From Butyribacter sp. (GTDB taxonomy: Bacteria > Bacillota > Clostridia > Lachnospirales > Lachnospiraceae): 64,000 nucleotides of DNA. This document shows, piece by piece, positions 55,279 through 64,000 of this stretch. The position numbers and the translations under genes are program-made. Below the pieces are notes generated by a model that saw only the letters and a program-made list of their open reading frames with translations, was not told the origin of the DNA and did no database searches. The stretch is taken from NCBI GenBank assembly GCA_045542435.1, contig JAZQLD010000002.1, forward strand, positions 33,867 to 97,866, in the 5' to 3' direction. The stretch's first letter is position 1. Each line of letters starts with the position of its first letter.

Positions 55279-56760
55279 TTATTTTACATTTAACTTACAC
55301 CCAATATGCACCCTTGCTGTAGTGCCTTCCCCTGCTTCACTTTCAAAGAATACTCCATAGTTCTCTCCATAATAAGCATGAATTCTCTGGTTGACATTAA
55401 CGATTCCAAAGCCGCCATCTTTAGCAGAATAACTTTCATTTTTTTCAATACTGTTACGTAGCTTTTGTAATTCGTCTGTACTCATTCCACATCCATTGTC
55501 GATTACCTGAAATACAATTTCACCATCATCTATAGCTCCCGTAATCTGAATATGTCCCTTTCCACGCTTATTTCTAATTCCATGACAAATGGCATTTTCT
55601 ATTAGTGGCTGCAACATCAACTTTGGAATAGTAAATTCATACAATTCTTCATCAATAGCAATCTCATAATCCATTGTATCCTGATAACGGAAATGCTGGA
55701 TTTTTAAATAACTTTCTATATGAAGCTTTTCTTCCTCTACCGTAATAAAATCTTTTCCCTTACTTAATGTAGTACGGAAAAAGTCAGACAAATACGTAAC
55801 CATAGCCACAACTTCCTCTGTCTGCTTTGCCTCTGCCAGCCACACAATAGTATCCAAAGTATTATAAAGAAAATGTGGATTAATCTGTGCCTGCAAAAGC
55901 TGCATTTCTATCATATGAAGATTTTCCTGCTGCCGCTTCATATCTTCTATCAGAATACCAATTTCCTTAGTCATGTCATTGAAGTTCCGGGTAAGTACTG
56001 CAATCTCATCCTCTGCCATAACCTTAGTTTTTACTGTAAAATCACCTTCTGCCACCTTACTAGTTACATCACAAAGCTTACGGATAGGTACAGTCACACT
56101 CTTAGCTGCATAAACAGTCAGTGCTATTGCAAGCATAATTACTACAATGGTTGTCACCAGACAAACCCGTATTGTATGTTCTTTTTGTTTATTTAAATCT
56201 TCCTCCACAACATCAAAATTAGAAGTTTCCAGATAAATATAATCCTGTATTCCTTCCTCAATTAAGGCAGTAAGATTATAAATATCTTTATCCAGAATTT
56301 TCATATTATCCTCATAATTTCCCTCTCCCACAATACTCTCTTCGAGATTTCTAACAGCTTTTTTCAGCGACCCCAATGTATTTTTTAATCGGCTAATCTG
56401 ATTTTTACTACTATTTACCGTTGCCATATCAGATAATTCATCACAGGCTTTTTCTAATTCATAAATATAGGAATAAGGATTCACCGTTACAATACCATTA
56501 ATCGTTGTAGTTCCTACATCCAATTCGTTGATTCCCTGGCTCCGGATAACTGCCAGATACATAGTATAATCAATTCTTTCTTTAAAATCTCTTGCGTACT
56601 GGTTAGCATAAGAAACATTTCGGTTAATATCTGCATAAGCTGTGGTAGCATCTGTTAATTCCCATAAAATATAGGAAAGCAGAATCATCATAGGAAGAAT
56701 GGCAGCAATAGAAATTGCTGCCAGACGTTGATTTAATGATAATTTAAAGAATTTTTTCAT
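55279..56760 (-). CDS. YesM-type sensor histidine kinase (HAMP, His_kinase and HATPase domains).
   Basis: It has two TM helices, a HAMP domain (VPIRKLCDVTSKVAEGDF), the H-box QINPHFLYNTL and a GHKL ATPase domain. The ATG at 56760 is preferred. Confidence 0.85.
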   Translation of the reverse strand: MKKFFKLSLNQRLAAISIAAILPMMILLSYILWELTDATTAYADINRNVSYANQYARDFKERIDYTMYLAVIRSQGINELDVGTTTINGIVTVNPYSYIYELEKACDELSDMATVNSSKNQISRLKNTLGSLKKAVRNLEESIVGEGNYEDNMKILDKDIYNLTALIEEGIQDYIYLETSNFDVVEEDLNKQKEHTIRVCLVTTIVVIMLAIALTVYAAKSVTVPIRKLCDVTSKVAEGDFTVKTKVMAEDEIAVLTRNFNDMTKEIGILIEDMKRQQENLHMIEMQLLQAQINPHFLYNTLDTIVWLAEAKQTEEVVAMVTYLSDFFRTTLSKGKDFITVEEEKLHIESYLKIQHFRYQDTMDYEIAIDEELYEFTIPKLMLQPLIENAICHGIRNKRGKGHIQITGAIDDGEIVFQVIDNGCGMSTDELQKLRNSIEKNESYSAKDGGFGIVNVNQRIHAYYGENYGVFFESEAGEGTTARVHIGCKLNVK

Positions 56761-56765
56761 CCGGT

Positions 56766-58397
56766 CTATCCCTTTCTCTTGGAACGATATTCTTTTGGAG
56801 AACATCCCTGTATCTTTTTAAATATAAAACTAAAGTAATGTGGATCTTTATATCCCACTTCATAACCAACTTCCGAAGTCTTCATGGATGAGCATACCAA
56901 AAGCTCTCTGGCTTTTTCCATTCGTACTTCTGTCAAATACTCCACGAATGTCTTATCCATTTCCCGGCTAAAGATAGTGCTGAAATAACTTGGGCTCATA
57001 CCCACATGTGCCGCTACAGAATTCAAAGAAATATCCTCTGTCATATAATTTTCTTTAATTAAATTCTGCGCCATTTCCATAATATCCGAATATCTTCTGC
57101 CACTGGCAACATTTCTGATTTCAATGGCTTTCTCAATTAAATGCTCAACATATATTTCAATATCCTTCACAGATTCTGCTGTGCTGACAGCCCTCTTTAA
57201 TTCCTCACCATTCTCTTCCAGTTGTTTGCCTTCTTGCAAACTTCCATTTTCATTTTGCAGCTTTTCACCAAAGGACATTACAGCCACATAAATGTCCATA
57301 ATTATGTACTGACGAACCATAAGAGAACAAAAACTTTCTTCTGGTATTCCCTGAAGACAAGCTTTTACAAAGGATCTTACCTCCTCCAGAGTTCCATTGT
57401 TTAAGAACTTCTCTACTGCCTGATGAATCTGCTCCAAATCTCCAAAGCTATCGGTTGCAAAGTCTTCATTTCCTGCCATCCGTATTTCATTTGAAGAAAT
57501 AATCTGATTGGTTTTATAAGTAAATCTTCCCGAAAATGCCTTGTCTGCATCTGCAAAAGAATTTTTCAGTTCCCGCAGACGAAACACTGGCATACCAATC
57601 CCACCAAAATATTCAATCTCTTTATACTGTCTAACAATATCCTCTAATGTAGAAACAACCTGCGTCCTCCGGCTTTCCATTTCTTTTTCATCATCCGCCG
57701 TCAGCAAAAATGCCCACCCGTTAATACTTCTCTGGAAACGGCACACATAAGATAATTTACTCATTTCTTTTTCTAATTTCTGGTATGCCTCCACCTGCTC
57801 CTGAGATTGTTCCTGATCACTGGCCTGATTTAATAACTTAAATAAAATAATCTGATATACTCCTGCACTCAGATTCATTTCATAATTCTTTCCTTCCTTT
57901 ACAGCATCTGCTAAGGATAAATTTCCAGAAACCAGCTCTCCAAAAAATTTTATTTTTTTTAACTCAATATTTTCCTGCATTTCCTGCTTGTATACTTCTC
58001 TTAGGTCTTTTTCTTCCTTTTCCTGTTGAATAGTAGAAGCAACCTCTTTTAATGTCTCTAAAAGCTTTGCAGAAGAAATAGGTTTTAAAAGATATTCCAC
58101 TACTCCGATTTTAATAGCCTCTTTTGCATAATCAAATTCATCATATCCGCTGAGAATAATAATTTTAACATCTGGCAATTCCTGTCTAATCAGCTTACTT
58201 AACTCCAAACCATCCATAAAAGGCATCCGAATATCTGTAATGACAATATCCGGTTTCTCCTTTAGAATCATTGGCAGTGCCAGTTCCCCATCACCGGCTT
58301 CGCCAACAAACTCATAGCCTTCCTTTTCCCATTGAATGCTGTTTTTAACACCCTGTCGGATAAGCATCTCATCCTCAACCAAAAACACCTTAATCAT
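56766..58397 (-). CDS. YesN-type response regulator with an AraC-family HTH output domain.
   Basis: The receiver domain reads MIKVFLVEDE...VITDIRMPFMDG. The C-terminal domain is an AraC HTH (GYKDPHYFSFIFKK). Confidence 0.85.
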   Translation of the reverse strand: MIKVFLVEDEMLIRQGVKNSIQWEKEGYEFVGEAGDGELALPMILKEKPDIVITDIRMPFMDGLELSKLIRQELPDVKIIILSGYDEFDYAKEAIKIGVVEYLLKPISSAKLLETLKEVASTIQQEKEEKDLREVYKQEMQENIELKKIKFFGELVSGNLSLADAVKEGKNYEMNLSAGVYQIILFKLLNQASDQEQSQEQVEAYQKLEKEMSKLSYVCRFQRSINGWAFLLTADDEKEMESRRTQVVSTLEDIVRQYKEIEYFGGIGMPVFRLRELKNSFADADKAFSGRFTYKTNQIISSNEIRMAGNEDFATDSFGDLEQIHQAVEKFLNNGTLEEVRSFVKACLQGIPEESFCSLMVRQYIIMDIYVAVMSFGEKLQNENGSLQEGKQLEENGEELKRAVSTAESVKDIEIYVEHLIEKAIEIRNVASGRRYSDIMEMAQNLIKENYMTEDISLNSVAAHVGMSPSYFSTIFSREMDKTFVEYLTEVRMEKARELLVCSSMKTSEVGYEVGYKDPHYFSFIFKKIQGCSPKEYRSKRKG

Positions 58398-58434
58398 TGC
58401 AACACCATACCCCTCTCATAACTCTCCTTTTATT

Positions 58435-58641
58435 TTAGCCAAACCAATGAATCAAAACTCCAATAGCGATTAAATAATCTATCACTGCACAACTAAAAGC
58501 AATGATTGTTTCTGCTTTCATTCTACCACTCTGTTTTAAGATAATTCCCATAGTCAGACATGCACTACCTAAAATAAATAATACAATAGTAGATACAATC
58601 ATAGTTATAATCCTTGGTAGAACCAAAATTACATGAAACAT
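58435..58641 (-). CDS. Small hypothetical membrane protein (68 aa, two TM helices).
   Basis: The only support is the hydrophobic ORF and its co-orientation with neighbouring genes. Confidence 0.35.
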   Translation of the reverse strand: MFHVILVLPRIITMIVSTIVLFILGSACLTMGIILKQSGRMKAETIIAFSCAVIDYLIAIGVLIHWFG

Positions 58642-58714
58642 GCAATCTCCCCCCCTTTAAATACATGATATACTTCTTCATTATACATCGATATTTATAG
58701 AAGTGTAAATATCA

Positions 58715-59263
58715 TCATTTTCCACGCTTTTTTATATAAAGTCGATAATCCACTAATGTTCCTATGAAAAATGCCAAATCTCCCCACATAAAAAGCATAA
58801 TAAAATATGTAATGGTCATGCGTAATAACTGAATCGATGAACTATGACTAAAGAAACCAAATCCAAAAAACACAATAAAAATGGCTACAACTCCTACTAT
58901 CGCTAAAATACCTGTTAACTTTATTCTTTTCTTATATTCTAAAATCTTTTCTTGTTCGTTCTCTGCATACTCTTCATTTCCAATTTGTTGTCCTAGATTT
59001 TTTTCATCAATATATTTCTCACAATGACTTTGCTCATTATCTTCCTTCTTAAAATCCTCCTTTTTTTTCTCCCCGTATAACTCCCCTATACTTATCTCCA
59101 GCACCTTTGCAATCTCTGGCATTGCTAATGCATCCGGAATCTGTTTTCCTGTCTCCCACCTAGACACTGTCTTATCCGAAATTTCTAATTTTTCTGCCAG
59201 TTCCTTTTGAGTCATATTAAGTTCTTTTCTTTGTGAAACAATTTTTTCTGCAATTGTATTCAT
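58715..59263 (-). CDS. XRE-family HTH regulator with a C-terminal membrane anchor.
   Basis: The HTH reads MTQKELAEKLEISDKTVSRWETGKQIPD. Two C-terminal TM helices follow. Confidence 0.75.
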   Translation of the reverse strand: MNTIAEKIVSQRKELNMTQKELAEKLEISDKTVSRWETGKQIPDALAMPEIAKVLEISIGELYGEKKKEDFKKEDNEQSHCEKYIDEKNLGQQIGNEEYAENEQEKILEYKKRIKLTGILAIVGVVAIFIVFFGFGFFSHSSSIQLLRMTITYFIMLFMWGDLAFFIGTLVDYRLYIKKRGK

Positions 59264-59565
59264 ATTACTCCCCTTCCTTTTGTCGCAGTCTGAGTATTTT
59301 TGTATAGAAAAAATATTTTCTAACCTTTCATATTTTACTAGTTCATTCTAAATCTTTTTTCTTTTTTTGTACACATCGACCTCATTAAATGCATTCTCAT
59401 ATTTTGAGAATCCCTGTAAACATGGCTGTTTGAGACATTCTTTATAAAATTATTTCTTTGCAGACTATATCTTTTGAATCATTTCATAATGCAAAAAGCC
59501 ACCTATATTTCAAGGTGACTTTCTATTTGTTTTCTTATAATATATTGTTTTACTTTACAAGTATA

Positions 59566-62358
59566 TTATTTTAATTTCTTTAGACACAATCTTAACCTAT
59601 CAATGGCATCCCAGAACTCCTCTTCACTTTCTGCATAAATAGCCGCTAAAGAATAGTTGTTTATCCATCGGAACTTAGCTGAATCACCCTCTTCTACCAC
59701 TTCTCCATTTGTTGGGAATTCTTCATGGGATATAAAAGTATGCTTTTCTTTTTTTAGATATTCCTGCGGAGAATCATATCCTGTTTTCTCCTGCCAATCC
59801 TTTTCTATTTCGCTTGCATTGGCAAAGTTAAACTTCCATTCCTTTGCATTAAAGGTATCTCCTGCGGATTCAGGATTTGAAGAACCAAGAGCCAGAATAT
59901 AATTTGTAAATTGAAGCCTTCCACCCATATAATATTCCGGAATTTCATTTTCTGATACTTCCCCACTCTGTAATTGCTGTCCAAGTTCTGTCAGATAGGT
60001 ATTTCCTTCTTCATCATAATCCCAGCATTCTCCTTTTTTGCCATAATATATAGTGAGCATCCCCTCCGGAGTCGTCATATAATTTAACACTGCCATTGCA
60101 AGCTCTGGATATTTTGTGTCAGCGCCAATAGCATAAGTAAGCGGCAATGTCTGCTCAGAAAGCTGATAAATCACGGGCGACGCTTCATCCGGCTTTACTG
60201 GAGCCATAAATTTTCCTTCCTCTATGTGCATAGGATTGCTGTTATACTCATTGTCATAATTTGCAGGAATAAATAGTATGCTTCCGTTATTAAGTTTGTC
60301 TGTGATATCCTCATATTTCAATTCTTTGGATTCAGGATCTAGCAGACCTGCCCGATACATCTTATTATACCATTCCAATACTTTCAGATATGGTCCGTTT
60401 TTCTCCAACAAACTATATTCTTTTCCTGTCTCAGGATTATAGAAAACATCTCCTTTTTTTATCACTCCATAATACGCAGCACACATATGATGAATTCCAC
60501 TTAAAAATGAATTATCTAAATATTCACTATACAAAACCGTCGCATATGCTTTTTTTCCATTATCATCTAATGGCTGAAGCTTCTGCATATCCTGAAGTAC
60601 CTCAAACAAATCATCAAGATTCTTTATCTCTGGATAATCAAGCTCTTTATACAAATCCCAACGCATATCCCATTTGTAATAACAAGGAGCCATATCCCTC
60701 TCTGACAAAGTACATCCGCCTTTGATTCCGTAGATTCCAGCTTCCACCTTTAAATCCTTTGCCGAAGCTAGATAATTAGTATTCAGTTTCTTATTTGACG
60801 CAATATTTTTACTTAAATACGTATTCATATAAGTCCCATATGTATTTAATAATTCATTCTTTTCCCAATTATACAATTGTCCGCTTTTTAATGCCTTTTC
60901 ATATGAAGAATCCAATGCAAAAATTACAATATCTGCTTTATCCCCTTCTGAAAACTCGTTTTCTATGACCTGTTCATTCACTCCCGGAACAATATTTAAC
61001 TCCACATTGAATTTTTCTAATAATACATCTGCTATCCATCCTTCCTGAATCCCATTAAAACTAGTTAACTCATCATGTACAGTTAATGTTATAGTTTCAT
61101 CAGGCCTATCAATCTTTCCATATATAGCTTCATTATATTCTTCTGTCTCATTGCTATTAGTGGCTTGCTTTTCTTCTGAATTATCTCTGCTTCCATTTGT
61201 GAGACATAAAACAGCAGCCAAGACAATTGCCAGAATTCCCACTACCCCAATCCATTTCATAGGCTTCTTGAAATCCAGTACATGTTTGATTCTCTTCCTT
61301 GTATTCTTCTCCCCGAAGGTCAACATTCCTGGCGAAAGATTTCTACGATTTGTAGCAAATGCCAAAAGTAATTCGCTATATTGGCTTCTTATATCCTCAT
61401 TCATGCTAAGAATCACCTGCTCATCACAACTCATTTCCATGTCCTGTACCATGCAATAATAAGCCAGCCATACAAGAGGATGGAACCAATACACTGCAGT
61501 TATAAGAAATGCAATCAATTTTACAATATAATCTTTTCTTTTAATATGATATTTCTCATGTGCCAATATATAATCTTTTTCCTCCGATGTCATACGAAAC
61601 GGTATATAGATTCTTGGCTGGATAATTCCCCAAACAAATGGTGAAGAAATAGCATCACTTTCATATATATTCTCAGAGTCATGAACTGCCATTTCCAATT
61701 TTCCTTTTGTCCATAACACCAGACAAATATTCCATATCAGCACAACTAGAATACCTGCCATCCAGATTATTGTAAATATCTTCAGATTCTTCGCTGACAA
61801 TATTTTCTCTGATGCAGAAAGGAAAATTTGTTTTACATGAGAGAAAACATTCTCCTTTACATCTGTATTTTTTATAATTTGATTTTCTTTATCACTTTCA
61901 GAATTTATGACTTTTGCATTACTTTCTTTTATATTATTATTTTCTATTTGGTCGTTCTTAACCTCAGACTGTGAATCAATTTCTTCTATAGCTTCACTTT
62001 TCATTATTCCCGCATTTTCTGAATCTATCTCATTTTTTGTCTGATTCATTCCTTTTATACTTACATTGTTATTCTCATTTGACTCACTATTTTCTTTCCT
62101 AATATCAGACTGCACATAATCTGTAACGATTGTTGGATTTAATCCATCCGAATAAACCAGGCTAAATGGCAAAGAAATAACCACTGGGCATACCAGGCGG
62201 ATTCCCACAATCAGCCATAAAATGTAAGAATATTTTTTTGGCAATTTATTCATTGCACCTCTTACTAAAAGTACAAATACTATAATAAGAATTGCTGATA
62301 TACTCATATCCAATATCTTCGCAAATAATAAAATCAGATTCATTGTTTCCCACCTCAT
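59566..62358 (-). CDS. BlaR1-like M56 peptidase sensor fused to an extracytoplasmic domain of about 540 aa, tentatively resembling a solute-binding protein.
   Basis: The HEXXH motif is LAHEKYHIKRKD, and an extra Asn/Glu-rich insert of about 130 aa lies in the N-terminal part. After the last TM helix there is a large domain resembling large sugar-binding lipoproteins; this is judged by eye and not verified. It overlaps the blaI-like gene by 4 nt. Confidence 0.7.
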   Translation of the reverse strand: MRWETMNLILLFAKILDMSISAILIIVFVLLVRGAMNKLPKKYSYILWLIVGIRLVCPVVISLPFSLVYSDGLNPTIVTDYVQSDIRKENSESNENNNVSIKGMNQTKNEIDSENAGIMKSEAIEEIDSQSEVKNDQIENNNIKESNAKVINSESDKENQIIKNTDVKENVFSHVKQIFLSASEKILSAKNLKIFTIIWMAGILVVLIWNICLVLWTKGKLEMAVHDSENIYESDAISSPFVWGIIQPRIYIPFRMTSEEKDYILAHEKYHIKRKDYIVKLIAFLITAVYWFHPLVWLAYYCMVQDMEMSCDEQVILSMNEDIRSQYSELLLAFATNRRNLSPGMLTFGEKNTRKRIKHVLDFKKPMKWIGVVGILAIVLAAVLCLTNGSRDNSEEKQATNSNETEEYNEAIYGKIDRPDETITLTVHDELTSFNGIQEGWIADVLLEKFNVELNIVPGVNEQVIENEFSEGDKADIVIFALDSSYEKALKSGQLYNWEKNELLNTYGTYMNTYLSKNIASNKKLNTNYLASAKDLKVEAGIYGIKGGCTLSERDMAPCYYKWDMRWDLYKELDYPEIKNLDDLFEVLQDMQKLQPLDDNGKKAYATVLYSEYLDNSFLSGIHHMCAAYYGVIKKGDVFYNPETGKEYSLLEKNGPYLKVLEWYNKMYRAGLLDPESKELKYEDITDKLNNGSILFIPANYDNEYNSNPMHIEEGKFMAPVKPDEASPVIYQLSEQTLPLTYAIGADTKYPELAMAVLNYMTTPEGMLTIYYGKKGECWDYDEEGNTYLTELGQQLQSGEVSENEIPEYYMGGRLQFTNYILALGSSNPESAGDTFNAKEWKFNFANASEIEKDWQEKTGYDSPQEYLKKEKHTFISHEEFPTNGEVVEEGDSAKFRWINNYSLAAIYAESEEEFWDAIDRLRLCLKKLK

Positions 62359-62714
62359 TTCTTGTGTGCATCAATCATTTCTTTAATCTTTTCTGCTTCC
62401 TTTTCTGAAATTGTCTTTCCCCCCAAAAAAGCCGTTAAAAATTGTGGCAGTGAACCACCAAATGTTCTCTCCACAAAATACGCAGTCTCGTCTGCCTGAA
62501 CCTGCTCTTTTGGAATAATTACAGAAACCACAGCATTCTCATTCTGTATATATCCTTTCTCACAAAGCTTACGAATCGTCGTATAGGTAGTAGACTTTTT
62601 CCATCCAAGCTCTTGATTACATAACTTCACTAACTCCCCAGAATTCACTGGTGCATGCTCCCACACAATCAGCATAAACCGATAATCACTATCACATAAC
62701 TTTAAATATTCCAT
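62355..62714 (-). CDS. BlaI/MecI/CopY-family transcriptional repressor.
   Basis: It is a 119-aa winged-helix protein (SDYRFMLIVWEHAPVNSGELVKLC...WKKSTTYTTIRKLCEKGYI) and is translationally coupled to the M56 gene. Confidence 0.8.
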   Translation of the reverse strand: MEYLKLCDSDYRFMLIVWEHAPVNSGELVKLCNQELGWKKSTTYTTIRKLCEKGYIQNENAVVSVIIPKEQVQADETAYFVERTFGGSLPQFLTAFLGGKTISEKEAEKIKEMIDAHKK

Positions 62715-62794
62715 AAATTCTTCTCCATTTCGCTAGATTATATTACTTAACACTATTAGCTAAAATTAAAATATACATTATTCCAAAAATAATA

Positions 62795-62845
62795 GGTCGA
62801 TAATTATAAACCCCTTTGTTTGGTTCAAGTTTATAACTGCCGACC
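62795..62845 (-). terminator. Candidate terminator after the anti-sigma gene.
   Basis: The imperfect 17-bp stem ggtcgataattataaac / gtttataactgccgacc is followed on the minus strand by ctattattttt. Confidence 0.5.
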
Positions 62846-62874
62846 ATATTTGTCAAGTATTCTTCTATATTTAC

Positions 62875-63516
62875 TTATTCAATTACTTTAACTTCAATAG
62901 ATTGTTCCTCTCCAAAATCTTCTACACAGTATTTATATAATTTTCCATCTACTTGTACTTTTCCTTCTGCTTTTCCGTCTTCAATATCCTTTGTAATATC
63001 CAATATCTTCTTGCCATCTTTAACATTCAGATATACCTTTCCTTCCTTCTTTTCAACCTTCCATGGAAAATCACTTATCTCTATATTGGTATTACCTTTT
63101 TCATCAATATTTGTTTCTACAGATAAATTATTTTTTTCTAGAGAATCCATATCTGTTGTGATATGAACTTCTCCCTTCTGATCACCTTCAGCAACCTGCA
63201 TTTCTATATGCTCAGTTCCATTTTCATCAACATATCTCTTCACATCTGACTCATCTGCCTTCTTTCCATTAATGAATATAGAAATCTTTTCTACATATTC
63301 TTTCATATCCACTAATGGCTCACCTGTACCTGCATAAGAAATGGTATTACTTGAAATAAATATAGCTGCCATTGCTGCTACAACAATTCCTGCATATTTA
63401 AAATAGTTTTCCCTGTTCTTCTTATTTTCCCCTTCCAAACTTCGTATTCTCTCGAATGCCTCCTCAGACATAGTAATCTTATCAAAGGTTTCCTTATATA
63501 ATTTTTTATTACTCAT
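62875..63516 (-). CDS. Putative anti-sigma factor (single-pass membrane protein).
   Basis: It has a short cytoplasmic N-terminus, one TM helix and an extracytoplasmic domain. It overlaps the ECF sigma gene by 8 nt. Confidence 0.6.
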   Translation of the reverse strand: MSNKKLYKETFDKITMSEEAFERIRSLEGENKKNRENYFKYAGIVVAAMAAIFISSNTISYAGTGEPLVDMKEYVEKISIFINGKKADESDVKRYVDENGTEHIEMQVAEGDQKGEVHITTDMDSLEKNNLSVETNIDEKGNTNIEISDFPWKVEKKEGKVYLNVKDGKKILDITKDIEDGKAEGKVQVDGKLYKYCVEDFGEEQSIEVKVIE

Positions 63517-63997
63517 CCTTCCAATCCTCCTTAAGTTTCATTTTCAGTTTTTCTCTTGCCCGCATAAGCTGAGTTTGAACTGTAGTTTCCCTTAGCTTCA
63601 AAATCTCTGCAATTTCCTTTACCGCATAGTCCTCGTAATAATACAAATATGTTACAACTCGATACTTATCCGGTAATCCCATTACTGCATTATATAACTT
63701 ACTGCATTCTTCTTTCTCCGACCATAGCAATAAGTTTTCATGAGAATCCTCTAGGGGAACCATTTTTCTTTTCCAAAATGAGGTACATAAATTTTTTGCT
63801 TCATTGGCTGCTACCCGAATCAGCCATTTCCTCATATGCTCCTCATCGGTGAATTCTGTTTTTGTCTGAAATAGTTTTATATATACATTCTGGACAATGT
63901 CTTCTGAATTACTGGCATTTCTACAATAACTAAATGCAATGCGATATACTGTATTTCCATATGTATTTACTACCCTTATGTATTCTGATTGTTCCAC
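63509..63997 (-). CDS. ECF-type sigma-70 family RNA polymerase sigma factor. The 5' end may lie beyond the window.
   Basis: The region 2 segment is YGNTVYRIAFSYCRN..ED.VQNVYIKLF. The region 4 segment is YYYEDYAVKEIAEILKLRETTVQTQLMRAREKL. Confidence 0.8.
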   Translation of the reverse strand: MEQSEYIRVVNTYGNTVYRIAFSYCRNASNSEDIVQNVYIKLFQTKTEFTDEEHMRKWLIRVAANEAKNLCTSFWKRKMVPLEDSHENLLLWSEKEECSKLYNAVMGLPDKYRVVTYLYYYEDYAVKEIAEILKLRETTVQTQLMRAREKLKMKLKEDWKDE

Positions 63998-64000
63998 TAT

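Overview
The window looks like a low-GC Firmicutes (Clostridia, Lachnospiraceae-like) chromosomal segment of about 55 genes, mostly on the minus strand. This is judged from gene content: spoIIR, an agr-type system, a T-box leader and a sigma-D promoter.

Recognisable housekeeping and envelope genes:
- BspA-type LRR surface protein.
- SH3b-NlpC/P60 cell-wall hydrolase.
- DHHW / MBOAT / DHHW O-acylation operon.
- GT2-TPR glycosyltransferase.
- azlCD, a DUF218 protein, class A PBP, spoIIR, plsC, VanY-type peptidase, ispE, ldh and glutamine-dependent nadE.

Sugar modules:
- Fructokinase plus a GH32 sucrose-6-P hydrolase.
- araD plus an FGGY kinase.
- A CUT2 sugar ABC transporter with a YesM/YesN-type two-component system.

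Signalling modules:
- An SdpR/SdpI-like pair.
- A LytTR-only regulator with a LiaF-like membrane partner.
- Two BlaR1-like M56 sensors, only one of which has a BlaI repressor.
- An ECF sigma / anti-sigma pair.

Two things stand out.
1. At 36.5-47.0 kb there is a visibly AT-rich island. It carries an agr-type quorum-sensing system in the order agrB, LytTR regulator, AgrC-like kinase. Its AgrD-like propeptide gene (55 aa, below the ORF-track cutoff) lies on the opposite strand. That gene heads a seven-gene run encoding a small secreted protein and two ABC export or immunity systems. A perfect 29-bp-arm palindrome sits between the divergent units.
2. There is a family of long, nested, imperfect palindromic intergenic repeats with no transposase: four copies of one core, two of a shorter relative, and one minimal hairpin. 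The palindromic arms extend into locus-specific flanking sequence. A separate 244-bp palindrome lies between the FGGY kinase gene and araD.

No rRNA genes, tRNA genes, CRISPR arrays or transposase genes were seen. All calls come from reading the sequence and ORF translations by eye. No searches or computations were run.
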